Below, one piece after another: positions 38,490-49,300 of a stretch of 64,000 nucleotides of DNA. The notes below the pieces were generated by a model. The model was not told where the DNA came from and searched no databases. It worked only from the letters and a program-made list of their open reading frames with translations. Numbering within the stretch: position 1 is the first letter of the stretch; every line of letters starts with the position of its first letter. The stretch covers positions 534,737 to 598,736 of the forward strand of contig JAPLFR010000016.1 in the NCBI GenBank assembly GCA_026390575.1, read 5' to 3'. Made by a program: the position numbers and the translations under genes. This stretch comes from Ignavibacteriales bacterium. GTDB taxonomy: Bacteria; Bacteroidota; Ignavibacteria; UBA10030.

Positions 38490-39218
38490 TTACAAACCTA
38501 GGAATTGGATCGCAATTCCGCAAAAGAATATTGAAATTCCCGCGAGCGCATGAGTGTAGCGCTCAAAATGCCCCATAGGAAGCAAGCGTAAACCGGCAAT
38601 GGAACTGAGAACAATACCAACCATTGTGCCAATGGTAATCAAACCGAAGACAAGACTTACGATAACAACATTAAGAATATGACCGTGAGCAGCCGGGTAC
38701 ATAAGTATTGGAATTAATGGCTCACACGGGCCAAGAACAAAAATGATGAACAGCACCCAGGGCGTCATACTCGGACTGTCAGGCTGTTCATGCACGTGTG
38801 CGTGTTCTTCTGCATGGACATGTGTATGGCTGTGTGTATTGCCATCACTGTGAGGATGCCAGTGAGTATGCGGTTTATTCAGATATGCTCTGCGAAGTCC
38901 CCAAATTCCGTAGATCAATCCGAAAGCGATTAATATCCAACCGGCAATGTTTCCGCGGATCGATTCGATCGACTGCAGATGCGCAACGGCAATTCCAAGT
39001 CCTACCCCCACAAATCCAAGGACAACAGAGCTACCCACATGACCGATGCCGCAGAAGATGGTGACAAGCGTTGTCTTAAACGTGGACCATTTGCCGGCCT
39101 TGGCCATAACAATAAATGGTACGTAATGATCTGGGCCAAGAATCGTATGAACGAGCGCGACGGATACAGCCGTTATTATGAGTATGCTAAGTTCTTGATT
39201 CATTTTACTGTAGGACAA
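38490..39218 (-). CDS. His-rich membrane protein, nickel/cobalt transporter-like (RcnA/UreH/DsbD_2 type)
   Basis: HTILGPDH, GIGHV, His-rich loop HTHWHPHSDGNTHSHTHVH, GPCEP. Confidence 0.8.
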   Translation of the reverse strand: MSYSKMNQELSILIITAVSVALVHTILGPDHYVPFIVMAKAGKWSTFKTTLVTIFCGIGHVGSSVVLGFVGVGLGIAVAHLQSIESIRGNIAGWILIAFGLIYGIWGLRRAYLNKPHTHWHPHSDGNTHSHTHVHAEEHAHVHEQPDSPSMTPWVLFIIFVLGPCEPLIPILMYPAAHGHILNVVIVSLVFGLITIGTMVGIVLSSIAGLRLLPMGHFERYTHALAGISIFFCGIAIQFLGL

Positions 39219-39413
39219 TATAATGAAAATACTGGAAAGAAGAATCCATCATTTCCGCGATAATAGTATGCATTTAATCATTTGATACATAAAACCTGCA
39301 ATACATGGAATGATAAACGTTAAACTCCCTATGATGAAACTATGGTTTCATACTATGTTGAATTTATTGTTCATAATCAAAAACATGTGGAGGTCGGGTT
39401 TCAAGAATCTTTT

Positions 39414-39803
39414 CTAGTTCTTATTCCATCTCCACATCAGCCGCGGAGCAATCGTTACCCATACGAGCACGAGAATCCACACTCGTCCTTCAAGTATGTT
39501 ATAATCATGAAGGAGAATACTCCACGGCACTTCCCTTACAAAATGAAAGAAGAGAAACTCGAAGGCGACTGTCATGCTCAACCACATAAAACCGATTCGC
39601 CAAGCCTGGCTTGAAGATGAAAGAGGCCAGCGTTTACTGAGATACCAGATGAAAAACCCAAAAAAGGATATTCCTATTGCTACCGAGATTTGATGTGAGA
39701 GCAAATCACCAAGAAATGGTTTATAGACTAAATCGCGAAGTGCGCCATTGATTATGGCAATAAATAATAATCCAAACCAGCTGAGAATATACTTATGAAT
39801 CAT
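39414..39803 (-). CDS. hypothetical membrane protein
   Basis: AIINGALRD, TVAFEF, DYNILEGRVW; 4 TM. Confidence 0.75.
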   Translation of the reverse strand: MIHKYILSWFGLLFIAIINGALRDLVYKPFLGDLLSHQISVAIGISFFGFFIWYLSKRWPLSSSSQAWRIGFMWLSMTVAFEFLFFHFVREVPWSILLHDYNILEGRVWILVLVWVTIAPRLMWRWNKN

Positions 39804-40084
39804 TGGTTATTTCTTTTCTATAAATATAATACTTTGTTCACGACGAATGGAAACAAAGCTTTTTGTCTTACTGATGTTCTGTCTTATTGTAATTAGAATT
39901 ATTTTTCCATGCAGTACGGTGTCTCTCTTTCTGAATATTATAGAAATTTGAGATAGAGTCAATAAATCAAATTTGTAATGATGTTGTACAGCAAAGCATA
40001 TTGAGAAGCATATACTCTTGCAAACGGAAAAGAGGTGCAGTATCTTATAGGCGATGGATTGCGAACAGAGGATATAACGACAAA

Positions 40085-41152
40085 ATGATATCAAACAAAA
40101 CTATGATACTCGATGCATTGTCACAATTGCTTAGGCAAAAAAGCCTCTCCCGAATTCGCGCTGTGGTTCATGACGTCAAAAAAGATATTGAAATGCTATC
40201 GTATGATGAACATGGGGTTCGAAAGATTACGATCAACGGAAAATCGATCAAGGTTCGATCGGAATATGTATTTGGTGAGCTTGACCAAATTCTTGTTACG
40301 CGAACCATTGAACGAGCCAAATACTATATCCAACGATTAGTCCGCGCACTCTCGGAAACAAAGACCGGGAAGGTGAACGATCTGAATGTACATAGATGGA
40401 AGGAATATGATGATATTCTTACGGATAGTCTTTGGATTCTAGAAAAACGTAACACTTCCGGATCTCATAGCGGAGGTTATTGGGGTAACTTTATTCCGCA
40501 AATTCCCAATCAACTGTTAAGACGTTATACAAAAAAAGGTGAGTGGGTGCTGGATGCATTTCTTGGAAGTGGTACCACGTTAATAGAGAGCAAACGATTA
40601 GGCCGGAATGGTGTCGGAGTAGAACTTCTGCGAAAAGTTGCACATTCGGCTTCAAAAGCAATTGAACAGGAAGACGATCGTTATTCGACCAGAACGGAAA
40701 TAATTGTGGGTGACAGTTCACACTTGGATTTTAAATCCGAACTGCATCGGCGGAAAATTAAAAATGTGCAATTCTTAATGATGCACCCGCCGTACTGGGA
40801 TATTGTCAAATTTAGCAAAGACAAAAGAGATTTGTCAAATGCAAAATCCATAAATGAATTTTTAAATCTTTTCGGAAAAATCGTCGATGCTACGTATCCC
40901 GTGTTAGACAAAGGCCGGTATTTTGCACTTGTTGTTGGTGACAAATATTCCGCCGGTACTTGGATACCGCTCGGTTTCTATACGATGCAAGAGGTGTTAA
41001 AACGGGGATATTCCTTGAAGTCTATTATCATAAAAAATTTCGACGAAACAAAGGGAAAAAGAATGCAGAAAGAACTTTGGCGGTATCGTGCATTGGTCGG
41101 CGGTTTTTACATTTTTAAACACGAGTATATTTTTTTATTTAAGAAGGGATAA
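40085..41152 (+). CDS. amino-type (N4/N6) DNA methyltransferase, SAM motif before catalytic motif
   Basis: H.G...GNFIPQIP, LDAFLGSGTT (motif I), HPPY (motif IV), HEYIF; start placed at MISNK. Confidence 0.85.
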   Translation: MISNKTMILDALSQLLRQKSLSRIRAVVHDVKKDIEMLSYDEHGVRKITINGKSIKVRSEYVFGELDQILVTRTIERAKYYIQRLVRALSETKTGKVNDLNVHRWKEYDDILTDSLWILEKRNTSGSHSGGYWGNFIPQIPNQLLRRYTKKGEWVLDAFLGSGTTLIESKRLGRNGVGVELLRKVAHSASKAIEQEDDRYSTRTEIIVGDSSHLDFKSELHRRKIKNVQFLMMHPPYWDIVKFSKDKRDLSNAKSINEFLNLFGKIVDATYPVLDKGRYFALVVGDKYSAGTWIPLGFYTMQEVLKRGYSLKSIIIKNFDETKGKRMQKELWRYRALVGGFYIFKHEYIFLFKKG

Positions 41153-41282
41153 CGATCACTGCAATTCCAAGAGAATCTCTTCGTGACAGGCGCAAAATAT
41201 ACACTGTTGAAAATTTCGTCCTTTGCATTAAAAAAAATAGTATAATTCGTTTGACAACTTATTACTACTACAGGAGGGATCA

Positions 41283-41846
41283 ATGTTCTTCTTTATTTTT
41301 CTTGCGATCATAATAATCTTTGTTGCCGTTGCGATTGGCGGCTACAATTCTCTTATCCAAATTCGGAATCAAGTACGGAACGCTTGGAAACAAATAGATG
41401 TACAGCTCAAACGCCGGCATGATTTGATTCCTAATCTCGTCAATGCGGTGAAGGGACAAATGGAATTTGAGAAGGGGACATTAGAAAGTGTCATTCAAGC
41501 CCGTGCCGCAGCTGTTGGTGCAAATACGATTGCCGACAGCATGGCGAAAGAAGATGTGCTGTCATCGGCGCTCTCCAAACTTTTTGCCATTGTTGAAAAT
41601 TATCCTACGTTGAAAGCGAACGAAAGTGTTCAACCGCTGATGGAAGAATTGACGACGACCGAAAACCAAATCACATTTGCCCGCCAATTCTACAACGATA
41701 TCACAACGACCTATAATACAAAATTAGAAATTTTTCCCACAAATTTATTCGCATCGTCGTTTGGTTTCAAACTTTTCCCGCTCTTCCAAGTAAAAGATGC
41801 GGCTGAGCGCGAAGTGCCAACGGTGGACCTCTCGCTGAAAAAATAA
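41283..41846 (+). CDS. lemA: LemA family protein
   Basis: YNSL...AWKQIDVQLKRRHDLIPNLV, ENYPTLKAN, EN.I..ARQFYN, FP. Confidence 0.95.
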   Translation: MFFFIFLAIIIIFVAVAIGGYNSLIQIRNQVRNAWKQIDVQLKRRHDLIPNLVNAVKGQMEFEKGTLESVIQARAAAVGANTIADSMAKEDVLSSALSKLFAIVENYPTLKANESVQPLMEELTTTENQITFARQFYNDITTTYNTKLEIFPTNLFASSFGFKLFPLFQVKDAAEREVPTVDLSLKK

Positions 41847-41856
41847 TTCTCTGGCG

Positions 41857-41905
41857 AAACCTTCGCAAGGTTTACCTGTACAATCTATGAGACCATGCGA
41901 AGGTT
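41857..41905. repeat. REP-like inverted pair AAACCTTCGCAAGGTTT / GACCATGCGAAGGTT
   Basis: Two palindromic units in opposite orientation between lemA and htpX. Confidence 0.65.
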
Positions 41906-41918
41906 ATCGAGGCGACCA

Positions 41919-42905
41919 ATGTCCGAACCCATTCTAACAAAATCACGCAACATCTACGAGCAGCAGGCGCATAATCGCCGCATGACCTGGTGTATTGTGG
42001 GATGCATCATTGTGCTTTTTGCGGTTATCGGGTTGGGAGTTGATTACTTTTATCTAGGAATATTTAACACTCGTAATGGAATTCCGATTGTGACAATCCT
42101 TACTTTGGTATTGAGTGTTATATTTGCATTATGGAGTCTTCAGAGTGGCGCTTCGGCGGTACTGTTATCAGCTCAAGCAGTTCCGGCAGACCCAACAAAC
42201 GCAGATCAACGCCAGCTTCTCAATGTTGTTCAAGAAATATCTCTTGCTTCCGGATTACCGGCACCAAAGGTATACGTTATTCCCGATGATGATCCAAATG
42301 CATTTGCGACGGGAAGGGATCCGCAGCACAGTTACATTGCCATTACCCACGGACTTCTCACCACTCTTGAGCGCGACGAATTGCAGGGCGTGATCGCGCA
42401 TGAAATGAGTCATATTCGATATTACGACATCCGTTTGATGACGCTCGTCGCAGCATGTGTCGGTGCCATTGTTTTATTGGCAGATATTTCTGTCCGAGGA
42501 ATGCGATTCAGACTTTTTTCAAGCCGTGGTCTACGATCGAAAGGGAAAAATCCTTTAGGAATAATATTTCTTCTTCTCTGGCTTCTTACAGTAATCCTCG
42601 CTCCCATACTTACACAACTCATGGCAATGATGATTTCACGTAAACGCGAATATCTTGCCGATGCTTCCGCTGCCGAGCTCACGCGAAATCCGCTCGCTCT
42701 TGCTAAAGCTCTGCAAAAACTGGAGAATGCATCAGCACCAACTGCTGCTATTAAGCGGGGCATTGCGCATCTGTGTGTCGTAGATCCATTGGGTAAAAAA
42801 GTAAATGAGAAAGAAGGATTTTGGGCTGAACTCTTTGCAACGCATCCTCCAATACAAAAGCGTATTATGCTGTTAAAGTCGATGGCATATCAGTACTCAA
42901 AGTAA
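41919..42905 (+). CDS. htpX: HtpX-like M48 zinc metalloprotease
   Basis: PNAFATG, ELQGVIAHEMSH (HExxH), SRKREYLAD, FATHPP. Confidence 0.9.
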   Translation: MSEPILTKSRNIYEQQAHNRRMTWCIVGCIIVLFAVIGLGVDYFYLGIFNTRNGIPIVTILTLVLSVIFALWSLQSGASAVLLSAQAVPADPTNADQRQLLNVVQEISLASGLPAPKVYVIPDDDPNAFATGRDPQHSYIAITHGLLTTLERDELQGVIAHEMSHIRYYDIRLMTLVAACVGAIVLLADISVRGMRFRLFSSRGLRSKGKNPLGIIFLLLWLLTVILAPILTQLMAMMISRKREYLADASAAELTRNPLALAKALQKLENASAPTAAIKRGIAHLCVVDPLGKKVNEKEGFWAELFATHPPIQKRIMLLKSMAYQYSK

Positions 42906-42909
42906 GACC

Positions 42910-44175
42910 ATGTCTGAGCCTATCTTAACTCACGCGCGTAATATTTATGAACAACAAGCGCACAACCGCCGGATGACATGGCTCCTCATTATCATTTTCG
43001 TTCTTCTGATCGCGGTGATCGGAGCGGGATTGGATATATTCTTAACGATCGACACTCCGGTTCGATTCATTATGCTTCCATTTGTTCTTCTGATGGCCGG
43101 CTCTGGCATTTGGAATTTTCAGCAGCGGGCAGCATCAGGATTGTGGGAAGAGTCAAAGAAATTTGCCGATGACGACGGCGAGTTCAAAATAATCGGGTGG
43201 AGTCTATATCTCATAATTTTTACAATGATAGTAATTCTAATATTATTCCTGCTACTGCCGTTTTATGTTATGAATCCTCGTCCAGTTGACCATCTGATCT
43301 CCGGTTTTTTAAAGAATATTTCAGAGATTTCCAAAATCCCTGTTTTGCAATACCTTCCAATTGGAACAACTTTAGCCGTCATTATCGGTATTGTCTCCAT
43401 CCTCACAAGTCTTCGCTGGGGAATGAATTCGGTCCTCTGGTCTGTGCATGCCGAACAACCTGATGAAACCTTTGCGGCTCTGCCGGAGTTATTAAATGTA
43501 GTAAAAGAAATAAGTCTTGCGGCAGGAATTCCTTCTCCCAAAGTGTATATCGTGAAAGATTCAGATCCCAATGCTTTTACCATTGGAACCATCCCGACGG
43601 AGAGCTCGATTGTCGTCACTACTGGATTGATTGCAATGTTGAACCGCGAAGAATTGCAGGGCGTCATCGCACATGAAATGAGCCACATACGTAATTCCGA
43701 TACTCGGTTGCTGACAATCATTACGGTTTTGTTTGGCGCAGTGCTTTTGCTTTCTGAGTGGATGAAGAAGAGTGCTTTTCTCGGAGGATTTGCAGGGAGC
43801 CGCGTGCCCGGTGCCGGATGGATGTTACGCGGTGTCTTGTTTATTGGTTGGCTTCTCACAATTCTCTTTGCTCCTTTGATCGCGCGCATCGTAGCGATGG
43901 CAGTATCACGTCAGCGGGAATATTTGGCAGATGCAGGTGGCGCAGAATTGACGCGCAATCCCAAGGCACTTGCCAATGCTTTAAAGAAAATCGAAAATGC
44001 TGATGCACCTACGATATCTTTTCAAAAAGGTATCGCTCATTTATGTGTCGTTGATCCTTTAGGAAGAAGAATTAATTCGAAAGAAGGATGGTGGGCCGAC
44101 TTATTCGCAACCCACCCGCCGATGAAAAATCGTATTATCCTTTTAAATGCTATGGCCTACGAGATGATGAAGTAA
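42910..44175 (+). CDS. htpX: second HtpX-like M48 zinc metalloprotease with extra membrane insertion
   Basis: Same HEMSH, REYLAD, FATHPP motifs; N-terminus nearly identical to upstream paralog. Confidence 0.88.
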   Translation: MSEPILTHARNIYEQQAHNRRMTWLLIIIFVLLIAVIGAGLDIFLTIDTPVRFIMLPFVLLMAGSGIWNFQQRAASGLWEESKKFADDDGEFKIIGWSLYLIIFTMIVILILFLLLPFYVMNPRPVDHLISGFLKNISEISKIPVLQYLPIGTTLAVIIGIVSILTSLRWGMNSVLWSVHAEQPDETFAALPELLNVVKEISLAAGIPSPKVYIVKDSDPNAFTIGTIPTESSIVVTTGLIAMLNREELQGVIAHEMSHIRNSDTRLLTIITVLFGAVLLLSEWMKKSAFLGGFAGSRVPGAGWMLRGVLFIGWLLTILFAPLIARIVAMAVSRQREYLADAGGAELTRNPKALANALKKIENADAPTISFQKGIAHLCVVDPLGRRINSKEGWWADLFATHPPMKNRIILLNAMAYEMMK

Positions 44176-44305
44176 CAATAAAACCTATCTTCAAGAAAAC
44201 TGAGTACCTATCCTTTCTCTTAACAATGATTCAGAATTAATCAGTATATTTCGTTCGTCCTGGCGGAAGGAACTTCTCTCCTCCTCATGAAGTCGAAAGC
44301 ATAAG

Positions 44306-45637
44306 ATGGTAATAAGAACCTCTCAAATGAAATTACATGGATTGGCATCGCAGCTCTGCCGATTTGTTATTGACGGACTTGGTTGCATTCTGATTTTAAT
44401 TCTTTATTCATCTATAAGTTATCCTCAAACCAAGCTTCTCATTCCGATGGATTTGAAACAAACCGATCATCTTAAACCGTATGGGATAGCGTTTTGGCTG
44501 CTGGAACATAACGGCGAAGTAGATTGGCTTCTCAATTATAGGGGAGGGTCATTTCTCTGCGACTATAGCGGTGTATTAGCAAACGAATGCCGTGTCCGTG
44601 GAGTTTTTTTTGAACCGCTCGCCGCCAGCGAAGCAGCTTCCCTGTATGCCGAAGTCCAGCGTGAGGACAACAACGAAGACGTTGTGCGATTAGAGAAGGC
44701 GCCGAAGATTGCCGTCTATGCACCGCCCGGATTTAAACCATGGGACGATGCCGTTACGATGGCTCTCGAGTATGCAGAAATTCATTATACGAAAGTGTGG
44801 GATGAAGAGGTTCTTTCCGGTAAGCTTGCAGAGTACGATTGGCTTCACTTGCATCATGAAGATTTTACCGGGCAGTATGGAAAGTTCTATGCTAACTTCC
44901 GAAATGCGTCGTGGTATATTGAACAGCAAATGCTGTACGAGCGCGAAGCAAAGCGGCTTGGATATAAGAAAGTATCCGAAGCAAAGAAAGCAGTTGCACG
45001 TTCTATTAAGGAATTTATCGGCAACGGCGGATTTATGTTTGCTATGTGCTCGGCAACCGACAGTTACGATATCGCACTCGCCGCAGAGAACGTAGATATT
45101 TGCGATGTGATGTTCGATGGCGACCCGGCTGATCGCAATGTTCAAGCGAAACTCGACTTCAGCAAAACATTGGCATTCGAGAATTTTACGCTTGACATGA
45201 ATCCGCTACGCTACGAATATTCAGATATTGACATCCCAACAAGCGACCCCCCGCCCATTCGCGATCCGAATACGGATTATTTTACGCTCTTCGAATTCTC
45301 AGCGAAGTACGACCCCGTGCCAACGATGCTGACACAAGACCACGTCAACATCATCAAAGGATTTATGGGACAGACAACAGCGTTCAAGAAAAGTTTGATT
45401 AAGAAGACAATCACAATTCTTGCAGAGCGCGAAGGAACGGAAGAAGTGAAATATATCCACGGCAACTTCGGACGCGGCACATTTACATGGTACGGTGGAC
45501 ACGATCCGGAAGATTACCAGCATGCCGTCGGCGATCCGCCTACCGATTTGAATCTGCATAAAAACTCACCCGGCTACCGGCTCATATTGAACAACGTTCT
45601 GTTTCCTGCGGCGAAGAAGAAACAGCAGAAAACGTAA
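44306..45637 (+). CDS. conserved FCB-group exported protein (often labelled 'asparagine synthetase B'; class I GATase-like fold, function unknown)
   Basis: WLLNYRGGSF, PWDDAVT, DWLHLHHEDFTGQYGKF, FAMCSATD, GGHDPED; start uncertain. Confidence 0.7.
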   Translation: MVIRTSQMKLHGLASQLCRFVIDGLGCILILILYSSISYPQTKLLIPMDLKQTDHLKPYGIAFWLLEHNGEVDWLLNYRGGSFLCDYSGVLANECRVRGVFFEPLAASEAASLYAEVQREDNNEDVVRLEKAPKIAVYAPPGFKPWDDAVTMALEYAEIHYTKVWDEEVLSGKLAEYDWLHLHHEDFTGQYGKFYANFRNASWYIEQQMLYEREAKRLGYKKVSEAKKAVARSIKEFIGNGGFMFAMCSATDSYDIALAAENVDICDVMFDGDPADRNVQAKLDFSKTLAFENFTLDMNPLRYEYSDIDIPTSDPPPIRDPNTDYFTLFEFSAKYDPVPTMLTQDHVNIIKGFMGQTTAFKKSLIKKTITILAEREGTEEVKYIHGNFGRGTFTWYGGHDPEDYQHAVGDPPTDLNLHKNSPGYRLILNNVLFPAAKKKQQKT

Positions 45638-45657
45638 GTGGAATAGTTGAAATAAGC

Positions 45658-46269
45658 ATGGCAGACGTAAATAAAATCAGGAGCTTTGAATCTCTTGAAG
45701 ATCGTATGAAACGGGTTGTGCAGGAAGAGGTTGTTATCGTTCCATATAATCCAGATTGGCCAAGGATGTTTGAAGAAGAGAAGAAACATCTTTTCTCCTG
45801 CCTGCCGCATGAAATTATTACGAGAATTGAGCACTTCGGAAGCACGGCAATCCCAGATTTATCGGCAAAACCAATTATTGATATCTTGGTGGAGGTGACT
45901 TCTCTTGAAGAAACCAAGAAGGTTGTTGTGCCTATATTAACTACGCAAGGATATGATTACTTTTGGCGGCCGACGCATGGCGATGACGGTCTGCCATTTT
46001 ATGCATGGTTCATCAAACGAGATGTGCACGGACTTCGCACGCATCATATTCATATGATAGAACGTGGCTTCGAGCACTGGGATAGATTGTTCTTTCGAGA
46101 TTATCTGATTGAACATCCGTGTCTTATAAAAGAATATCAACAGCTGAAAATACAGTTGGCGAAAAGTTTTACACACGATAGAGTCGCGTATACTACTGCG
46201 AAAACAAAATTCATTGTGAAGACTACTCTGTCGGCAAAGGAATATTATAAAATGAAAAATCACTCGTGA
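45658..46269 (+). CDS. GrpB family protein
   Basis: YNPDWP..FEEE, IEHFGSTAIP.LSAKPIIDI, FRDYL..HP...Y..LK, Y..AK. Confidence 0.92.
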   Translation: MADVNKIRSFESLEDRMKRVVQEEVVIVPYNPDWPRMFEEEKKHLFSCLPHEIITRIEHFGSTAIPDLSAKPIIDILVEVTSLEETKKVVVPILTTQGYDYFWRPTHGDDGLPFYAWFIKRDVHGLRTHHIHMIERGFEHWDRLFFRDYLIEHPCLIKEYQQLKIQLAKSFTHDRVAYTTAKTKFIVKTTLSAKEYYKMKNHS

Positions 46270-46493
46270 CAAGGAAAGTAGGATTGTCAGATCTGGATGC
46301 GATCACTGATATTGAAGATGAAGAAATTCTTACGACCACTGTAAGATATTTGTGTAAATTGATTTTATTTATATTATCGACTAAATTTTCGGAGAGCATG
46401 CATTTAAGAACTTTGTCCTATAGCGCGTGAAACGATAATCCATTCTACCGGTACCGTTCATCAAAAAGAACGAACGAGAAAGAAATTATTTCT

Positions 46494-47048
46494 ATGAAAG
46501 AAAAAATACAATTCATCGCTGAGCGGATAAAGGAATTGAGAGAAATTTCCGGAATTTCCGCGGCTTCACTGGCGCAAGAACTTGGAATTTCACTAGATGT
46601 CATGACCCAATACGAAAGCGGGACGGTTGATATTCCTGTTGGATTCCTTTATAAGGTGGCACATAAATTCGGCATAGAACTGACAGCAATCCTTACCGGA
46701 GAAAACCCCAGACTTCATGTCTATTGCGTCGTGCATAAAGACAAAGGATTGAGTGTGGAAAGAAGAAAGCAGTACAAATATGAAAGTCTCGCATTTAATT
46801 TTATCAATAAAAAAGCAGAACCGTTCATTGTCAAAATTGACCCGGATATAGAACTTACTCCCGCGGAATTTAATTCGCATCCCGGCCAGGAATTCAATTA
46901 TGTTATCGAAGGGACGATGAAGATCGTCATTGATACTCATGAGATTATTCTGAATACAGGCGATTCTATCTATTTTGATTCAACGTATAAACATGCGGTG
47001 AAAGCGATGAATCAAGCACCGGTGAAACTGCTTGCAATCGTTTTATAA
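46494..47048 (+). CDS. XRE-family HTH + cupin transcriptional regulator
   Basis: [32 protein letters not shown] cupin. Confidence 0.92.
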   Translation: MKEKIQFIAERIKELREISGISAASLAQELGISLDVMTQYESGTVDIPVGFLYKVAHKFGIELTAILTGENPRLHVYCVVHKDKGLSVERRKQYKYESLAFNFINKKAEPFIVKIDPDIELTPAEFNSHPGQEFNYVIEGTMKIVIDTHEIILNTGDSIYFDSTYKHAVKAMNQAPVKLLAIVL

Positions 47049-47071
47049 ATATTAGAATAAAGAGAATAATA

Positions 47072-48730
47072 ATGCTTAATAACTATCTTTCACAAACAGA
47101 CTTCAGTTCCTATCAAGAATTCATTGATGCATTCGAGATCCGAATACCAGAACACTTTAACTTTGCATTCGATGTGGTCGATGAGATTGCCCTTCACACT
47201 CCCGATAAAATTGCGATGGTGTGGTGTGATGACAAAGGAGGAGAAGCAACATTTACATTTGGACAAATGAAGCGCTTTAGTGATAAAGCAGCAAATTTCT
47301 TCAGATCAACAGGCATCTGCAAAGGGGATCCTGTGATGCTGATCTTGAAACGTCGTTATGAATATTGGTTCTGCACACTTGCGTTAAATAAAATCGGTGC
47401 GATTACTATCCCTGCGACGCATCTTTTGAGCACAAAAGATATTGTCTATAGAAATAATGCTGCAGACATAAAAATGATTGTCTGTGTGCAGGATCCCGAT
47501 GTTGTTAAGCATGTAGAAGAAGCAGAAGCGAAATCACCAACGTTACGGCATAAAGCTTTAATCGGTGCAGCGCGTGACGGGTGGTTGAACTTAACGGAAG
47601 AAATGGAAAAAAGTCCGGAAACGTTTGACCGGCAATCGCTTGAGGAAAAAACGACAATAAACGACACCATGCTTCTGTATTTTACATCCGGCACAACAGG
47701 AATGCCCAAGATGGTGAATCACAATTTTGCATATCCACTCGGACATATATTGACAGCAAAATATTGGCAAAACGTGCAAGAGAACGGCCTTCATTTTACC
47801 GTTGCGGATACCGGATGGGCAAAATCTGCTTGGGGAAAAATATACGGTCAATGGCTTTCGGGATGCGCTGTCATGACATATGATTACGATAAATTCGTCC
47901 CGAAACACCTGATGAAAATTATTGAGAAGTACCACGTAACCTCGTTTTGTGCACCGCCGACTATCTATAGGTTTTTAATAAAAGAAGATTTGAGACATTA
48001 TGATTTGAAACACCTGCACTATTGTGTCGTAGCCGGTGAACCGTTAAATCCCGAGGTGTACAAACAATTCTTGGAAATGACAGGCATTCGGTTAATGGAG
48101 GGATATGGACAAACAGAATGTACGGTTGCAGTAGCAACGTATTCATGGATGGAACCTAAACCCGGTTCCATGGGAAAACCTTCACCAGGGTACGATATCG
48201 ATCTTATCGATCTAGATGGTAAAGTGTGTGAAGTGGGTGAAATCGGACAGATCGTCATTTATACGAAGAAAAGAAAACCCGTTGGGATGTTCGATGGCTA
48301 TTTTCGGGATGAAGAGCTAACAAAAAAAGTATGGCAGAACGGGATCTATTATACGGGCGATACAGCGTGGCGCGATGAAGACGGGTATTTCTGGTTTGTC
48401 GGCAGAGCTGACGATATTATAAAAAGTTCCGGTTACCGAATTGGTCCGTTTGAAGTGGAGAGCGCTCTATTGGAACACCCGGCAGTGTTGGAATGCGCCA
48501 TTACTGCTGTTCCGGATCTCGAGCGAGGTCAAATCGTGAAGGCGACCGTTGTTCTTTCAAAAGACTATCAGCCAAACGATACATTGGCGCACGAGTTGCA
48601 AAATCATGTGAAGAAAGTGACAGCACCGTATAAATATCCCAGGATAGTCGAATTTGTCACGGAACTTCCAAAAACTATCAGCGGCAAAATAAGACGTGTG
48701 CAAATACGCGGTGAGGAAAGCAATGAATAA
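47072..48730 (+). CDS. acyl-CoA synthetase (AMP-forming, ACSM/acetyl-CoA synthetase-like)
   Basis: [42 protein letters not shown]. Confidence 0.93.
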   Translation: MLNNYLSQTDFSSYQEFIDAFEIRIPEHFNFAFDVVDEIALHTPDKIAMVWCDDKGGEATFTFGQMKRFSDKAANFFRSTGICKGDPVMLILKRRYEYWFCTLALNKIGAITIPATHLLSTKDIVYRNNAADIKMIVCVQDPDVVKHVEEAEAKSPTLRHKALIGAARDGWLNLTEEMEKSPETFDRQSLEEKTTINDTMLLYFTSGTTGMPKMVNHNFAYPLGHILTAKYWQNVQENGLHFTVADTGWAKSAWGKIYGQWLSGCAVMTYDYDKFVPKHLMKIIEKYHVTSFCAPPTIYRFLIKEDLRHYDLKHLHYCVVAGEPLNPEVYKQFLEMTGIRLMEGYGQTECTVAVATYSWMEPKPGSMGKPSPGYDIDLIDLDGKVCEVGEIGQIVIYTKKRKPVGMFDGYFRDEELTKKVWQNGIYYTGDTAWRDEDGYFWFVGRADDIIKSSGYRIGPFEVESALLEHPAVLECAITAVPDLERGQIVKATVVLSKDYQPNDTLAHELQNHVKKVTAPYKYPRIVEFVTELPKTISGKIRRVQIRGEESNE

Positions 48731-48858
48731 ATGTTTTTTTGTTGAGACAATTCAAAATCTGGAAAGTGTACACAACATACTATTCATACAGCTATTTCCA
48801 GGCTATAATTATATTTAAATTCTAAAAATTTTTCTTACCTGTATTTTTCTGGAGTAAA

Positions 48859-49296
48859 ATGATGGCTGAAATGCAAATTACATATCGCGGTGTTGTTCAT
48901 CCATGGCATTGCGATATTATGGGTCACATGAATGTCGTTTGGTACGTCAGTAAGTTTGATGAAGCGTCCTGGCAGTTTGCTTCAATGCTAGGTTTGAATA
49001 ATTCATATTTTACAAAAAAACATATGGGCATTGCCGCCCTTCAGCAGAACATAACGTATACATCTGAGATAGTCGCCGGAAGCACGGTGACCGTGCGCTC
49101 AGGCGTTCTTGAAATGAAAGAAAAAGTTATACGGCTTGTTCATGAAATGCGTAACGATACAACGGGTGAAATTGCCGCAGTGATGGTGATGACCGTCGTT
49201 CATTTTAACACTCGAAAAAGAAAATCTTGTCCGTTTCCAAAAGCAATACTGAAACGCGGAAGAAATCTCCTTGTGTCGTACGATATAAAGCCATAA
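48859..49296 (+). CDS. acyl-CoA thioesterase (hotdog, 4HBT family)
   Basis: V.PW.CD.MGHMNV..Y...FD. Confidence 0.88.
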   Translation: MMAEMQITYRGVVHPWHCDIMGHMNVVWYVSKFDEASWQFASMLGLNNSYFTKKHMGIAALQQNITYTSEIVAGSTVTVRSGVLEMKEKVIRLVHEMRNDTTGEIAAVMVMTVVHFNTRKRKSCPFPKAILKRGRNLLVSYDIKP

Positions 49297-49300
49297 ACGA

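Noticed and set aside
40003..40088. Faint resemblance of a short frame (GKEVQYLIGDGLRTEDI) to an IS1634-type transposase N-terminus
   Set aside because: Too short, no terminal repeats or DDE domain; cannot be supported without a search.
30471..41152. Mrr-type nuclease and DNA methyltransferase as one R-M system
   Set aside because: About 9 kb apart with many unrelated genes between; Mrr-type enzymes generally lack cognate methylases.
46415..46470. Purine-riboswitch-like fragments (TTCTACC...CCGT)
   Set aside because: P2/P3 stems and loop consensus do not form; the downstream gene is unrelated to purines.
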